From: Alistipes sp.
GTDB lineage: Bacteria; Bacteroidota; Bacteroidia; Bacteroidales; Rikenellaceae
Reading direction: 5' to 3'
Length of the DNA stretch: 64,000 bases
Assembly: GCA_017421945.1 (NCBI GenBank)
Contig: JAFOHD010000088.1
Location: forward strand, 31,526 to 95,525
This document shows positions 38,480-48,075 of the stretch, one piece after another. How positions within the stretch are numbered: the stretch's first letter is position 1; each line of letters starts with the position of its first letter. The translations under genes were made by a program, and so were the position numbers. The notes under the pieces are model-generated. The model saw nothing but the letters and a program-made list of their open reading frames with translations, searched no databases and was not told the origin of the DNA.

Positions 38480-40945
38480 TTACTGCAACTCGTCAGCGAG
38501 CATCTTAATCCAGTAACCACCCACAACCGAGCGAGCCTGGAAACCTACGTGTGATGGTGAGTCAGTGCTGTACCAGTCACTCATAGGAGCGCGGCCCTTA
38601 GTCTCGTTGTAGAACTTGTGCAGAGGCTTGATGAACTCCTCGAATGTAGCCTTGTCAGGCGACATTGTAGCTGTCCATACAACCCAGTCAGACTTAGAGT
38701 AAGTCTTGCGGCAGTCAAGAGGCAAACCATATACGTTCTGCTTTGTGAGGTAGTAAGCAATCTCGTCAAGAGCGATAGATGAGTCGAATACGTTGTAACC
38801 GAGCATCTTGTCCCATACGAGGTTGTACTTCTGGCTCCATGTGTCCTTGCCTGTGTCGAAAGTCAGGCGGTAGTGGTCACCCTCCTGAGCCATCTCCTTC
38901 CACTTTGCAGCCATCTCCTTGGCGATGGTGTTGTAACGCTCGGCAACATCAGCCTTACCTGCCATCTTTGCAAGGTCTGCGTATGCAGCAACACCCACGA
39001 TAGCCTTAACAGCGAGGTTGGCGTTGCGTGCCCAGTGACCTGCGAAGTCGTCGGTACAGAGCTGGTTAGCTGGGTCGCCACCATTCTCCACGAGGTAGTC
39101 GGTCCATGTTGTAAGAACATCCCAGTGCTTCAGGGCATAGTCAGCCTTACCCTCCATCTTACAGATAGCACCAGTGAGGATAAGCATGTTACCACACTCC
39201 TCAACAGGCATGTCGCCACCGTAGGTCTGGCCGTTAGCCAATGGGTAAGTACCTACGTCGTGAGCTGCGAAAGGCTTTGTCCACTTGCCACTCTCAGAGT
39301 AGTAGAAGATGAAGTTGATGAGAGCCTTAGCGAACTCTGGGTTATAGTAAAGGAACATAGGAGCTGATGGATAAGTTACATCCACAGTACCGATAGAACC
39401 GTTAGAGTAGTTCTCCTTTGAAAGCCATGCAAGCTCTCCGTTAGGAGTCTCGATGAGCTTGTGAGCAGCAATAGCCTGACGATATGCCAATGCACAAAGC
39501 TCGGCATACTCCTTGCCACCTGACTTCGCAGCGTCGGCCATGAGCTGAGCGTCGAACTTCTCGCAACGCTTCATCAGCTTCTCATAGTCGGCAGCCGCCA
39601 ATGCGAACTGCTGCTGGATAGAGCTGTCGCCCTTGCGGTTCCAGTAAGGACGGATGTTCTCCTTGAAGTACTGGATAGAGTAGATATCGTCATAACCAAC
39701 CATGATGTAGTTGCTAACCTCTGCGGCACCAACCTTGCCAAGCTTTGAAGAGAGTGCCATCTGGTTACCGTTGTTTGTAGAAGCCACCTCGCCGTTTGCA
39801 GCAAATGCCTGACGGAGGTCGATAGCATTACCCACAGCGTTTGCAGTCTGCTTGTCGGCAGCCATGTAGAAGTAACCCCAGTCGATACGAACATCGTCGC
39901 CACGACGACCAAGAATCTTCTGAGCCTCGGTACCGGTCTTAACGTAGTTGAACTGCTCGTCAGCCTCAACTGAGCTGATGCTCTTCTGTGCAGGAGTGTT
40001 CTGTGCCCAGTGTGTGTCAGCCTCGAAGTAAACCTCAACGTCGTGCTCTGCACCGTCGTTTGACTTAACAGCGTAAGTAACGTAGTTTACAGGGCGTGCA
40101 ACCAACTCTGGCTCCTCCAGGAACATAGGAGCAGCGAAAGTAAGAGTCAAATCTACAGGACCGCAAGTGAATGTGTAGATTGTACGTGTAGCCTGCACGT
40201 CAGCCGATGTCTGCACAGCTGTCTGATTCATCACAACTGCGTTTGTAGGCTGCTTGTAGATACCGAAATCCACCAGACCACCACCTGTGCGGTTGTGGCA
40301 GTGAGCAGCGATGGTAAACTTGCCGTTAGCCTTTGCAATAAGCTCGGCAGGAATCTGCTTGTACTGGTTCTCCTTCCATGTGTACTCGGTAGCGATAAGC
40401 TTCTCGCCATTTACGAAGAGCTCGAAGATATCGTCATGAGAGTAGAGGATGAAGAGGTTGTTGTCCTTGATATCAGCAGGATTAACCTCCACAGTGCGGC
40501 GCAACCAGATATCAGATGAACCCCACTCGGTGTTTACATCGTAATCGTGTCTTGTGCCAAATGGAGCTGGAGCCTGCTTCCAACCCTTCTCGTTGAAATC
40601 AGCGTCAGTCCACTTCTTGTTGGGCTTGTCAAAAGTGTAAGATGCAGTCCACACCTGCTCAGAAGCAGCAGGAGCGATAGCTGTCATGATAGCCTCCTCC
40701 TGGCCCATGAAACGATAGAGCTGACCGTCAACACGCAATGTACCCATGAATGGGAACTTCTTGCCTGTCCAGTGTGTTACCTGGTGGTCGTAGAGGTTGT
40801 CAGCGGGTGACCATGCCGATGTGTAAGGGTCGATAGTGATAAGAGGATAAGATGGCGCACGCATCTCATTCTTCACCGGAGCTGGTGAGCTGCAGCTAAC
40901 AGCCAAAGCTGCGAAAGCAACAACTGCCAAAAGTAGTTTTTTCAT
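38480..40945 (-). CDS. GtaA-like six-hairpin lipoprotein, copy 2
   Basis: Same motifs as copy 1. The start MKKLLLAVV at 40945 is chosen by comparison with copy 1. Confidence 0.85.
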   Translation of the reverse strand: MKKLLLAVVAFAALAVSCSSPAPVKNEMRAPSYPLITIDPYTSAWSPADNLYDHQVTHWTGKKFPFMGTLRVDGQLYRFMGQEEAIMTAIAPAASEQVWTASYTFDKPNKKWTDADFNEKGWKQAPAPFGTRHDYDVNTEWGSSDIWLRRTVEVNPADIKDNNLFILYSHDDIFELFVNGEKLIATEYTWKENQYKQIPAELIAKANGKFTIAAHCHNRTGGGLVDFGIYKQPTNAVVMNQTAVQTSADVQATRTIYTFTCGPVDLTLTFAAPMFLEEPELVARPVNYVTYAVKSNDGAEHDVEVYFEADTHWAQNTPAQKSISSVEADEQFNYVKTGTEAQKILGRRGDDVRIDWGYFYMAADKQTANAVGNAIDLRQAFAANGEVASTNNGNQMALSSKLGKVGAAEVSNYIMVGYDDIYSIQYFKENIRPYWNRKGDSSIQQQFALAAADYEKLMKRCEKFDAQLMADAAKSGGKEYAELCALAYRQAIAAHKLIETPNGELAWLSKENYSNGSIGTVDVTYPSAPMFLYYNPEFAKALINFIFYYSESGKWTKPFAAHDVGTYPLANGQTYGGDMPVEECGNMLILTGAICKMEGKADYALKHWDVLTTWTDYLVENGGDPANQLCTDDFAGHWARNANLAVKAIVGVAAYADLAKMAGKADVAERYNTIAKEMAAKWKEMAQEGDHYRLTFDTGKDTWSQKYNLVWDKMLGYNVFDSSIALDEIAYYLTKQNVYGLPLDCRKTYSKSDWVVWTATMSPDKATFEEFIKPLHKFYNETKGRAPMSDWYSTDSPSHVGFQARSVVGGYWIKMLADELQ

Positions 40946-41105
40946 AATAAATTTGTATTTGTTTAATAATGTGTTAATTCCAACGGGCAAATATAGCCAT
41001 AATAATTGGTATTTTCTCTATTTTTTCACCAAATTCTTCATATTCAGATGAATGTTTGGTGCGAGTATGAAATTTTCAAGAAGAGTGTTCCCTGGAACGT
41101 GGAAT

Positions 41106-41143
41106 AAAAAAGTTGCAACCGAATATGGTTTTTCGGTTGCAAC
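41106..41143 (-). terminator. Intrinsic terminator after the MBL gene
   Basis: Stem gttgcaaccgaa/ttcggttgcaac with an adjacent A-run. Confidence 0.8.
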
Positions 41144-41166
41144 ATAACAACTATTTCATGCTCCGG

Positions 41167-42033
41167 TTACTCAATCTTCACAAGTCCATCGCAAGATACG
41201 TAATGCTCCTTGATGCCCAGCTCCTGCATCCAGCCACGCACGATGACCGACTCATACTGTCCCGTATTAAAGCCCTTGCCCGTGTCGTTGTTGTAGAGCC
41301 ACGATGGAGTTGGCCATAGTGCAGCACGGAACTTCACCTTCTCGTATAAGTTCTTCTTCACAGCCCAGTTGCCATGGTGCGCTAGTTGCAGGTAGTCGCA
41401 CTCAAGGTCGGCGGCATACTCCGATGCGAGCAGTTTGTCACCACCCGCCACCTCCAGGTCGCCGAGGAAGATTACCGATTTGTGCCTGTCCCACATCTTT
41501 ATCACCATGCTCGAATTGTTATAGACGCTGCTGGTGATTTCAGGGTTCTTCTCTGTCAGAATCTTGAACTTCACGCCATCAATCTCAAACTCGTCACCAC
41601 GATGGCAATCAATGACTTCCGTGTCTTTTGCGTTGTCCAGCAGAGTGTAGAATTCACGATAGTAGGCAGCCCACCTTGCACCTTCGGAGTCAAGCATCTT
41701 GTCGGTGAAGCGTGAATGGTAAATCTTCTCAATCGTCACTCCGTTAGGTTTTTCAAGCAACTCCTTCAGCGCCCCCATGTGGTCGTCGTGAGGGTGTGAT
41801 ACAAACCACGCATCAACCTTGCCGCCCAGGGCAGCAATGAATCCGCACAGAAAAGATTTCTCATCCTTGCAGCCACCATCCATGACTATGATTTTGCCAT
41901 TGTGGGTGCGAATCACATAACTGTTGCCAATGGTGTTTACTTGCGAGGGCAGTTGCCACAGGGTGTAGGTTCTCTTCGCCTCGCAGCATAAGGTAATGCA
42001 CAGTGCAACGCACAGCAGTATAATACGTTTCAT
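41167..42033 (-). CDS. Secreted MBL-fold hydrolase (ComEC/Rec2-like subgroup)
   Basis: Signal peptide, and motifs MDGG, SHPHDDHMG, NNSSMV, FLGD and QLAHHG. Confidence 0.78.
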   Translation of the reverse strand: MKRIILLCVALCITLCCEAKRTYTLWQLPSQVNTIGNSYVIRTHNGKIIVMDGGCKDEKSFLCGFIAALGGKVDAWFVSHPHDDHMGALKELLEKPNGVTIEKIYHSRFTDKMLDSEGARWAAYYREFYTLLDNAKDTEVIDCHRGDEFEIDGVKFKILTEKNPEITSSVYNNSSMVIKMWDRHKSVIFLGDLEVAGGDKLLASEYAADLECDYLQLAHHGNWAVKKNLYEKVKFRAALWPTPSWLYNNDTGKGFNTGQYESVIVRGWMQELGIKEHYVSCDGLVKIE

Positions 42034-42035
42034 AA

Positions 42036-44507
42036 TTATTTAGTTTTTTTGTCCTTAAGCATTTTAATCCAGTAACCTCCCACCACCGAGCGGGCCTGCA
42101 ACCAGCCTGTGCGGTGTTTGAGAGAGTTTGTATGGTAGAGGTCAGGCATTGGGGCACGACCATCGGTGTTGTGGTAGAAGTCATACATTGGAGTGATAAA
42201 CTTCTCAAACGTAGCCTTGTCTGAAGATAGGGTAGCCGACCACATAAGCCAGTCACTCTTGGTCACGTAGCTGCGGAAGTCGAGCGAAAGACCATACTTG
42301 TTGAACTTCGAGAGGTAGTATGTCACCTCGGCGTTGGCTATATCCTTGTCAAAGACGTTGAGTGCGAGAATCTCGTCCCACACCAGGTTGTACTTCTGGC
42401 TCCATGTGTCCTGACCCTTGTCAAATGTGAGGCGGTAGTGGTCGCCCTCGCGAGCCATCAGCTTCCATGTGGCGGCCATCTCCTTTGCTTTTGCCGTGAA
42501 CTGCTCGGCGACATCCTCCTTGCCGGCCATTCGTGCCATGTCGGCATAGGCAGCCACGCCTATGATTGCCTTTATCGAGAGGTTTGTGTTGCGAGCCAGA
42601 TGACCCATGAAGTCGTCAGTACAGAGTTGGTTGCGTGGGTCCTGACCATTCTCAACAAGGTAGTTGGCCCATGTAGTGAGCACCTCCCAATGCTTCAAGG
42701 CATAATCGGCATTTCCATCTGCCTGACATATGGCGTCGGTCATGATGAGCATGTTGCCCGACTCCTCGATTGGCATGCCCTCGCCGCCATAGTCCTCGCC
42801 GCGCACGTGTGGGTAGCGACCTGCGTCGTGTGCTGCATAGGGCTTGTCCCATCTCTCGCTCTCGCACAACTCAAATATAAAGTTCAGGAGTCCCTTTGCG
42901 AGGTCGGGATTGTAGTAGATGTATAGTGGGAACGATGGGAAGGTCACATCCACAGTACCCAGGCATCCGTTTGAGAAATTCTCCTTTGAAATCCACGCCA
43001 GCTCGCCGCTTGGATTCTCAATAAGCTTGTGGGCTGCAATTGATTGGCGGTAAGCCAGGGCGCACAACTCGGCATACTCCTTGCCTCCTGCTTCGCGGGC
43101 GTCGGCCATAAGCTGGGCGTCAAACTTCTCGCACTTTTTCACAAGTGACTTATACTCGTCGGCAGCCGCAGCAAACTGCTTTTCAATGGAACTGTCTCCG
43201 TTGCGGTTCCAATATGGGCGCACCTGCTCGCCGTAGTAAAGAATGGAGTACAGGTCGTCATAACCCACCATGATAAAGTCGCTCACGGGCTTTGTGCCCA
43301 CCTTGCCCAAATGTGAGGCGATAGCCAAGTAATCACCCTCGCAAGAGGAGATTGAGCCTCTCTCCACAAACTCATATCGCATATCAAATGGGTTGCCTTT
43401 GGCGGTGGAGTATCTGGTCTTGTCGCCTGCAAGGTAGAAATATCCCCAGTCAATGCGCACATCATCGCCGAACTTTTGCAGTATGGGCTGCTCCACGGTC
43501 CCCGTCTTGGCATAGACGAAACGCTCGTCGGCGACCACCTCGCTAATGCTTTTCTGTGAGTTGGCGTGGCGTGCCCATTGAGGGCCGGCCTCGAAGTATA
43601 TCTCCACATCGTGCTCAGTACCGTCGTTTGATGTTACCTCATAGGTTACGTAGTTCACAGGACGTGACACAAGGTCGAGGTTGTCAAGCAGCAGGGGAGC
43701 CATGAATGTGAGTCTTAGGTCAATCTCGCCGCATGTGAATGTATATATTGTACGTGTAGCCTGAACGTCGGCAGATGTCTGCTGTGCGGAGGTTGTAAGC
43801 TTCATGGCGGCATTGTCGGAGCGGTAGAGACCGAAGTCCACCAGTGCGCCGCCGAGTGTGTTCTGGCAGTGTGCCGCTATGGTGAGTGTATTGCCCCACT
43901 TGGCAATCTGCTCGCGAGTAATCTCCACGGTCTGGTTCTCCTTCCACGAGTTGTCGGTCGCAATGATTCTGTCACCATTGATGTATAGCTCGAAGATGTC
44001 GTCATGCGAGTAGTTGAGCATATACTTGTCTGCCTGTAAATCCTTGGCCGACAGCTCCACAGTGCGACGCAGCCATATGTCGGGAGTCCTCCACTGGGTT
44101 TTCAGGTCGGTGTAGTTCATGCCAAAGGGAGCAAACGACTTTTCCCATCCTTTGTCATTGTAATTCTGGGCCGTCCAATCGCCAGTAGGCTTGTCGAAGG
44201 TGTAGGTCGCTTCCCACGACTGCTCATGCCCCATGGGAGCAATGGGGATAAGCAGAGCCTGCTCCACACCCATGAAGCGGTAGAGTTCTCCATCCACACG
44301 TAGCACCCCCACAAACGGAAAATCTTTCTCGGTCCAGTGCATGATTTGACGGTCGTAGAGGTTGTCGGCTCCCGACCACGCCGAGGTATAGGGGTCGATG
44401 GTGATAAGCGGATATGCCGGCGCACGCAGTTCGTTTCTGATATGCTCGGGTGTCCCACATCCCACCATGGTCATAAGCGCCATAACGGCAAGCATCAATC
44501 GTTTCAT
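42036..44507 (-). CDS. GtaA-like six-hairpin lipoprotein, copy 3 (divergent)
   Basis: Lipobox MVGC, and motifs RAPAYPLITIDPY, SKENFSNGCLGTVDV, MPIEESGN, LCTDDFMG and WSQKYNLVWD. Confidence 0.85.
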   Translation of the reverse strand: MKRLMLAVMALMTMVGCGTPEHIRNELRAPAYPLITIDPYTSAWSGADNLYDRQIMHWTEKDFPFVGVLRVDGELYRFMGVEQALLIPIAPMGHEQSWEATYTFDKPTGDWTAQNYNDKGWEKSFAPFGMNYTDLKTQWRTPDIWLRRTVELSAKDLQADKYMLNYSHDDIFELYINGDRIIATDNSWKENQTVEITREQIAKWGNTLTIAAHCQNTLGGALVDFGLYRSDNAAMKLTTSAQQTSADVQATRTIYTFTCGEIDLRLTFMAPLLLDNLDLVSRPVNYVTYEVTSNDGTEHDVEIYFEAGPQWARHANSQKSISEVVADERFVYAKTGTVEQPILQKFGDDVRIDWGYFYLAGDKTRYSTAKGNPFDMRYEFVERGSISSCEGDYLAIASHLGKVGTKPVSDFIMVGYDDLYSILYYGEQVRPYWNRNGDSSIEKQFAAAADEYKSLVKKCEKFDAQLMADAREAGGKEYAELCALAYRQSIAAHKLIENPSGELAWISKENFSNGCLGTVDVTFPSFPLYIYYNPDLAKGLLNFIFELCESERWDKPYAAHDAGRYPHVRGEDYGGEGMPIEESGNMLIMTDAICQADGNADYALKHWEVLTTWANYLVENGQDPRNQLCTDDFMGHLARNTNLSIKAIIGVAAYADMARMAGKEDVAEQFTAKAKEMAATWKLMAREGDHYRLTFDKGQDTWSQKYNLVWDEILALNVFDKDIANAEVTYYLSKFNKYGLSLDFRSYVTKSDWLMWSATLSSDKATFEKFITPMYDFYHNTDGRAPMPDLYHTNSLKHRTGWLQARSVVGGYWIKMLKDKKTK

Positions 44508-44711
44508 ATTTTAAGTTTTAAGGTTTTCTCCTACAAAGATAAGAAATGATTTTGTAAATAACGTGCCCGATAAGGTGATTTATGCGTTACGTTTACCTAA
44601 GATATGCAAAATTAAACCTCCTTTTGGAAAAGGGAGGCTTCGGGGCTCTCTCGTTCAAGGTATTGCAAATAAATAATGAAAGGAACAACCTTTCGGCTAT
44701 TCCTTTCTATG

Positions 44712-44783
44712 AGCTGAATTCGAGACTTGAACTCGAGACCCCTTCATTACGAGTGAAGTGCTCTACCACTGAGCTAATTCAGC
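44712..44783 (-). tRNA. tRNA-Thr (CGT)
   Basis: GCTGAATTAGCTCAGTGGTAGAGCA-CTTCA-CTCGTAA-TGAAG-GGGTCTCGAGTTCAAGTCTCGAATTCAGCT folds as a cloverleaf. CCA is not encoded. Confidence 0.95.
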
Positions 44784-44940
44784 CGGTGGGGTTAATGTGT
44801 AACCCGTTTGTGGGTGCAAATATCGTAATTATTTTGTAAGATTATTCTCCAGAATTGAAAAAAAGGTGTGCTTGTGTGATTTTTTTATTAACTTCGCAAT
44901 GATAATTATCCCTGAATTTAATAATTAAAAGATAGTTTAT

Positions 44941-46374
44941 ATGATTACATTTTTAATCTGTCTGACTTTGCTTGTGGCAGCATACTTCTGTTATGGAGCA
45001 TATCTTGACCATGTATGTCAGATAAACGGCAAGGCAGAGGTCCCTTCAAAATCTCATTACGATGGCGTTGATTACATTCCCCTGCCTCGCTGGCGTACGT
45101 TCCTCATCCAGTTGCTGAATATTGCGGGTGTAGGTCCCATCTTCGGTGCGATTATGGGTGCATGCTATGGTCCTGTGGCATTTTTGTGGATAACCTTTGG
45201 TGGTATTTTCCTCGGTGCGATGCACGACTATGTGTCGGCGGTGATATCGCTCCGCCACGGCGGTTTGAGCATACCCGAAATCATTGGCATCTACCTTGGT
45301 GATAAGACCAAGTTCGTGCTTCGAGTATTCTCTATTGTGGTACTCGTTCTTGTGGGTGCCGTATTTATTCGCACCCCTGCCAACCTGCTCGACGGCATGT
45401 TCGAGAGTATAGGCTTGTGGTGGTGGATAGGCCTTATAATAGCCTATTACTTCGTTGCCACGCTGTTGCCTATCGACAAACTCATAGGTAAGATATACCC
45501 CATATTCGGTGCTGCGCTGATATTTATGGCGTTGGGATTGCTTGGTGTCATACTTTTGGGCGACTACACTGTTCCCGAACTTACCGAGATTCGCAACCAG
45601 CATTTTGACGCCGAGAGTCTGCCCCTCATACCTACTCTTTGCATCACCATCGCGTGCGGTGCGATATCGGGCTTCCATGCTACGCAGTCACCTCTGATGG
45701 CTCGCTGCGTAAATAACGAGAAGGAGTGCCGCTCGGTGTTTTATGGCGCGATGATTACCGAGTCGGTCATTGCCCTTATATGGGCTGCCATAGGCATGGC
45801 ATTCTTTGGTGGGGTGGAAGCTTTGCAAGAGGCTCTCGCTGCGCATGGCAACGATGCAGGCTGGGCAGTGAACCTTATAGCCAACACAACTTTGGGCGTT
45901 GCTGGTGGTTTGCTGGCTCTGCTGGGTGTTGTCGCAGCCCCTATCACTTCGGGCGACACCGCCTTCCGCTCGGCACGTCTTATCATTGCCGACATATTCC
46001 ACATTGACCAAAAGAGTATTGTAAAGCGTCTTGCTGTGAGTGCTGTTCTCTTTGCTGTGGGAATATCGCTGCTGTTTGTGAACTTCGATGTGCTGTGGCG
46101 TTACTTCGCATGGTCAAACCAGACGCTCAGCGTCTTTGTGTTGTGGACCATAACCGTGTACCTCTACAAGAAGGGCGGTCAGGTATATTGGCTTTCGCTC
46201 ATCCCTGCGCTCTTTATGACCTACATATGCAGTAGCTATGTCTTTGTCTCCGAGAAGGAGTTTATCGGCATGGAGAATCGTACTCTGGCCTACATCCTTG
46301 GCGGTGTGGCTACTCTTGTAATAGCATTTCTTGCATCACTCAAATGCCGTCGCGATGATAAGAGTAAGGCTTAG
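44941..46374 (+). CDS. cstA: Carbon starvation protein A (CstA-family transporter, short type)
   Basis: Motifs DGVDY.P, IAGVGPIFG, GAMHDY, IACGAISGFHATQS, TSGDTAFR and LWRYFAWSNQ. Confidence 0.9.
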   Translation: MITFLICLTLLVAAYFCYGAYLDHVCQINGKAEVPSKSHYDGVDYIPLPRWRTFLIQLLNIAGVGPIFGAIMGACYGPVAFLWITFGGIFLGAMHDYVSAVISLRHGGLSIPEIIGIYLGDKTKFVLRVFSIVVLVLVGAVFIRTPANLLDGMFESIGLWWWIGLIIAYYFVATLLPIDKLIGKIYPIFGAALIFMALGLLGVILLGDYTVPELTEIRNQHFDAESLPLIPTLCITIACGAISGFHATQSPLMARCVNNEKECRSVFYGAMITESVIALIWAAIGMAFFGGVEALQEALAAHGNDAGWAVNLIANTTLGVAGGLLALLGVVAAPITSGDTAFRSARLIIADIFHIDQKSIVKRLAVSAVLFAVGISLLFVNFDVLWRYFAWSNQTLSVFVLWTITVYLYKKGGQVYWLSLIPALFMTYICSSYVFVSEKEFIGMENRTLAYILGGVATLVIAFLASLKCRRDDKSKA

Positions 46375-47035
46375 ACCCATATCAACCGAGTTGTGGCAGG
46401 TTGAGGATGGTGAGGCGTTCAGTGCCTTGCTGCGCCGCACCTTGCGCATGGAGCAGACAGGCGATTGGGCGAAGGCGTGTGAACTGCGTTTTGATTGCGC
46501 CCAGCAGTTGCTCGATGCCGTAGGTGATGAGCCTGTGCGCCTTGATTGGAACGATGTAGGCTCGCGTGCCACAATGGAGATACTCTACCGCTCGGCAGCC
46601 GATAATATGATGGTTGGTGAGGTGGAGATGGCTGTGGCACTGTGGGAGAGTTTGCTGGATGTTGACCCTGAGGACCACCTTGAGGCGGTCGTGCCGCTGG
46701 CATTTGCCTATGTCGAGATTGAGGATTACGAGTGCCTGGAGAGTGCTATGTTTGACATATCGCCCAAGTGTGCCGAGTATCAGCTGCTCACCCTGTGGGC
46801 GGAGTATCGCCGCTCGGGAGGCATTGACCGTGATGCCTTGCGTCAGTTGCGCACGCGTCATAAATTGTGGTACGAGGAGTTTACGGCCAGTGAACACCCT
46901 GCCGATGAGGAGTATGTGAAGGATTGCCGCAGTGAACGTCCTTCGCCTCGCACCGAGGCGCGTGAGTTCTGGTTTGTGACCGAGCCTATATGGTCAAGGA
47001 ATGAAGATTTTATTGAGGTTTTACAAAAAGCATAG
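46355..47035 (+). CDS. TPR-like hypothetical protein
   Basis: Helical repeats (A.ALWE.LL.VDPEDHLE) with normal codon usage; start overlaps the 3' end of cstA. Confidence 0.65.
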   Translation: MIRVRLRPISTELWQVEDGEAFSALLRRTLRMEQTGDWAKACELRFDCAQQLLDAVGDEPVRLDWNDVGSRATMEILYRSAADNMMVGEVEMAVALWESLLDVDPEDHLEAVVPLAFAYVEIEDYECLESAMFDISPKCAEYQLLTLWAEYRRSGGIDRDALRQLRTRHKLWYEEFTASEHPADEEYVKDCRSERPSPRTEAREFWFVTEPIWSRNEDFIEVLQKA

Positions 47036-47040
47036 ATTCC

Positions 47041-47835
47041 ATGAGAAGATTGTTAATGGTGTTGTTGTTTGCGCTGGCAACACTCGGTGCTATGGCTGCC
47101 AATTACAAGGTTGAGCGAGATATATTGTATCGTGCCGATGATGATTATGCGAGGAAGATGTGCCGTATTGATGTGGCAACATTCAAGGGTGCCAAGGATG
47201 CCCCCGTTGTCGTGTGGTTTCACGGCGGAGGATTGACCGGTGGCGGCAAGCATATCCCTCACGAGATTATGCGTGATGGCGTGGTATGTGTGGGTGTAGG
47301 CTATCGTTTCTCGCCCCATGTGAGTGTCAGTCAGATTATTGACGATGCGGCGTGTGCCATTGCGTGGGTGATGGACAACATCTCAAAATATGGTGGCAGT
47401 CCCGATAAAATCTACCTTTCGGGACACTCCGCCGGTGGTTATCTGGTGAGCATGGTAGGTCTGGAGAAGAGTCGCCTGCAACGCTATGGCAAGGATGTCG
47501 ATTGCGTGAAGGGCATTATTCCCTTCAGCGGTCAGATGATTACCCACTTTGAGGAGCGCAGAGTCAGGGGGATGTCCGACAAGTTGCCTTTGGTGGATGC
47601 AATGGCTCCTCTGTATCATGTGCGTGGTGATGCGGCTCCCATATTGCTGCTGACAGGTGACCGCGAGCGCGAGATGCTCGGCCGATATGAGGAGAATGCC
47701 TACATGTATCGTATGCTGCGCCTTGTGGGGCATAAGGATGTCACACTTTATGAGTTTGATGGCTACGGGCACGATATGTGCTTGCCGGGCTATCCTATGC
47801 TTATGCGCTTTGTGCGAGAACATGAGCAGAGGTAA
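47041..47835 (+). CDS. Alpha/beta hydrolase (esterase/lipase)
   Basis: Signal peptide, HGGG oxyanion motif, GHSAG nucleophile elbow and C-terminal GH. Confidence 0.88.
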   Translation: MRRLLMVLLFALATLGAMAANYKVERDILYRADDDYARKMCRIDVATFKGAKDAPVVVWFHGGGLTGGGKHIPHEIMRDGVVCVGVGYRFSPHVSVSQIIDDAACAIAWVMDNISKYGGSPDKIYLSGHSAGGYLVSMVGLEKSRLQRYGKDVDCVKGIIPFSGQMITHFEERRVRGMSDKLPLVDAMAPLYHVRGDAAPILLLTGDREREMLGRYEENAYMYRMLRLVGHKDVTLYEFDGYGHDMCLPGYPMLMRFVREHEQR

Positions 47836-47855
47836 TCACGTGCTGCAATGAAAAT

Positions 47856-47890
47856 AAAAAACGCGTTAGACGAAAGTCTAACGCGTTTTT
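47856..47890. terminator. Bidirectional terminator between the esterase and tRNA-Leu
   Basis: aaaaacgcgttagac-gaaa-gtctaacgcgttttt. Confidence 0.85.
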
Positions 47891-47977
47891 TGGTGCCCAG
47901 GACAAGACTCGAACTTGCACGAGCTAATGCTCACTACCCCCTCAAAGTAGCGTGTCTACCAATTTCACCACCTGGGC
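47891..47977 (-). tRNA. tRNA-Leu (GAG)
   Basis: GCCCAGGTGGTGAAATTGGTAGACACG-CTACT-TTGAGGG-GGTAG, then a long variable arm and GTTCGAGTC...CTGGGCACCA. Confidence 0.95.
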
Positions 47978-48075
47978 CTCTTCACTTGTGACGGATAATG
48001 CTCCGCCGAAAAGGTGTGCAAATATAGACACTATTTTGTAAATAGCAAAATTTTTCAGCAAAAATGTTAAAAAAT

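Noticed and set aside
44712-47977. Segment between the two tRNA genes as a possible integrated island
   Set aside because: No integrase, no duplicated tRNA 3' end, and the enclosed genes (cstA, TPR protein, esterase) have native composition.
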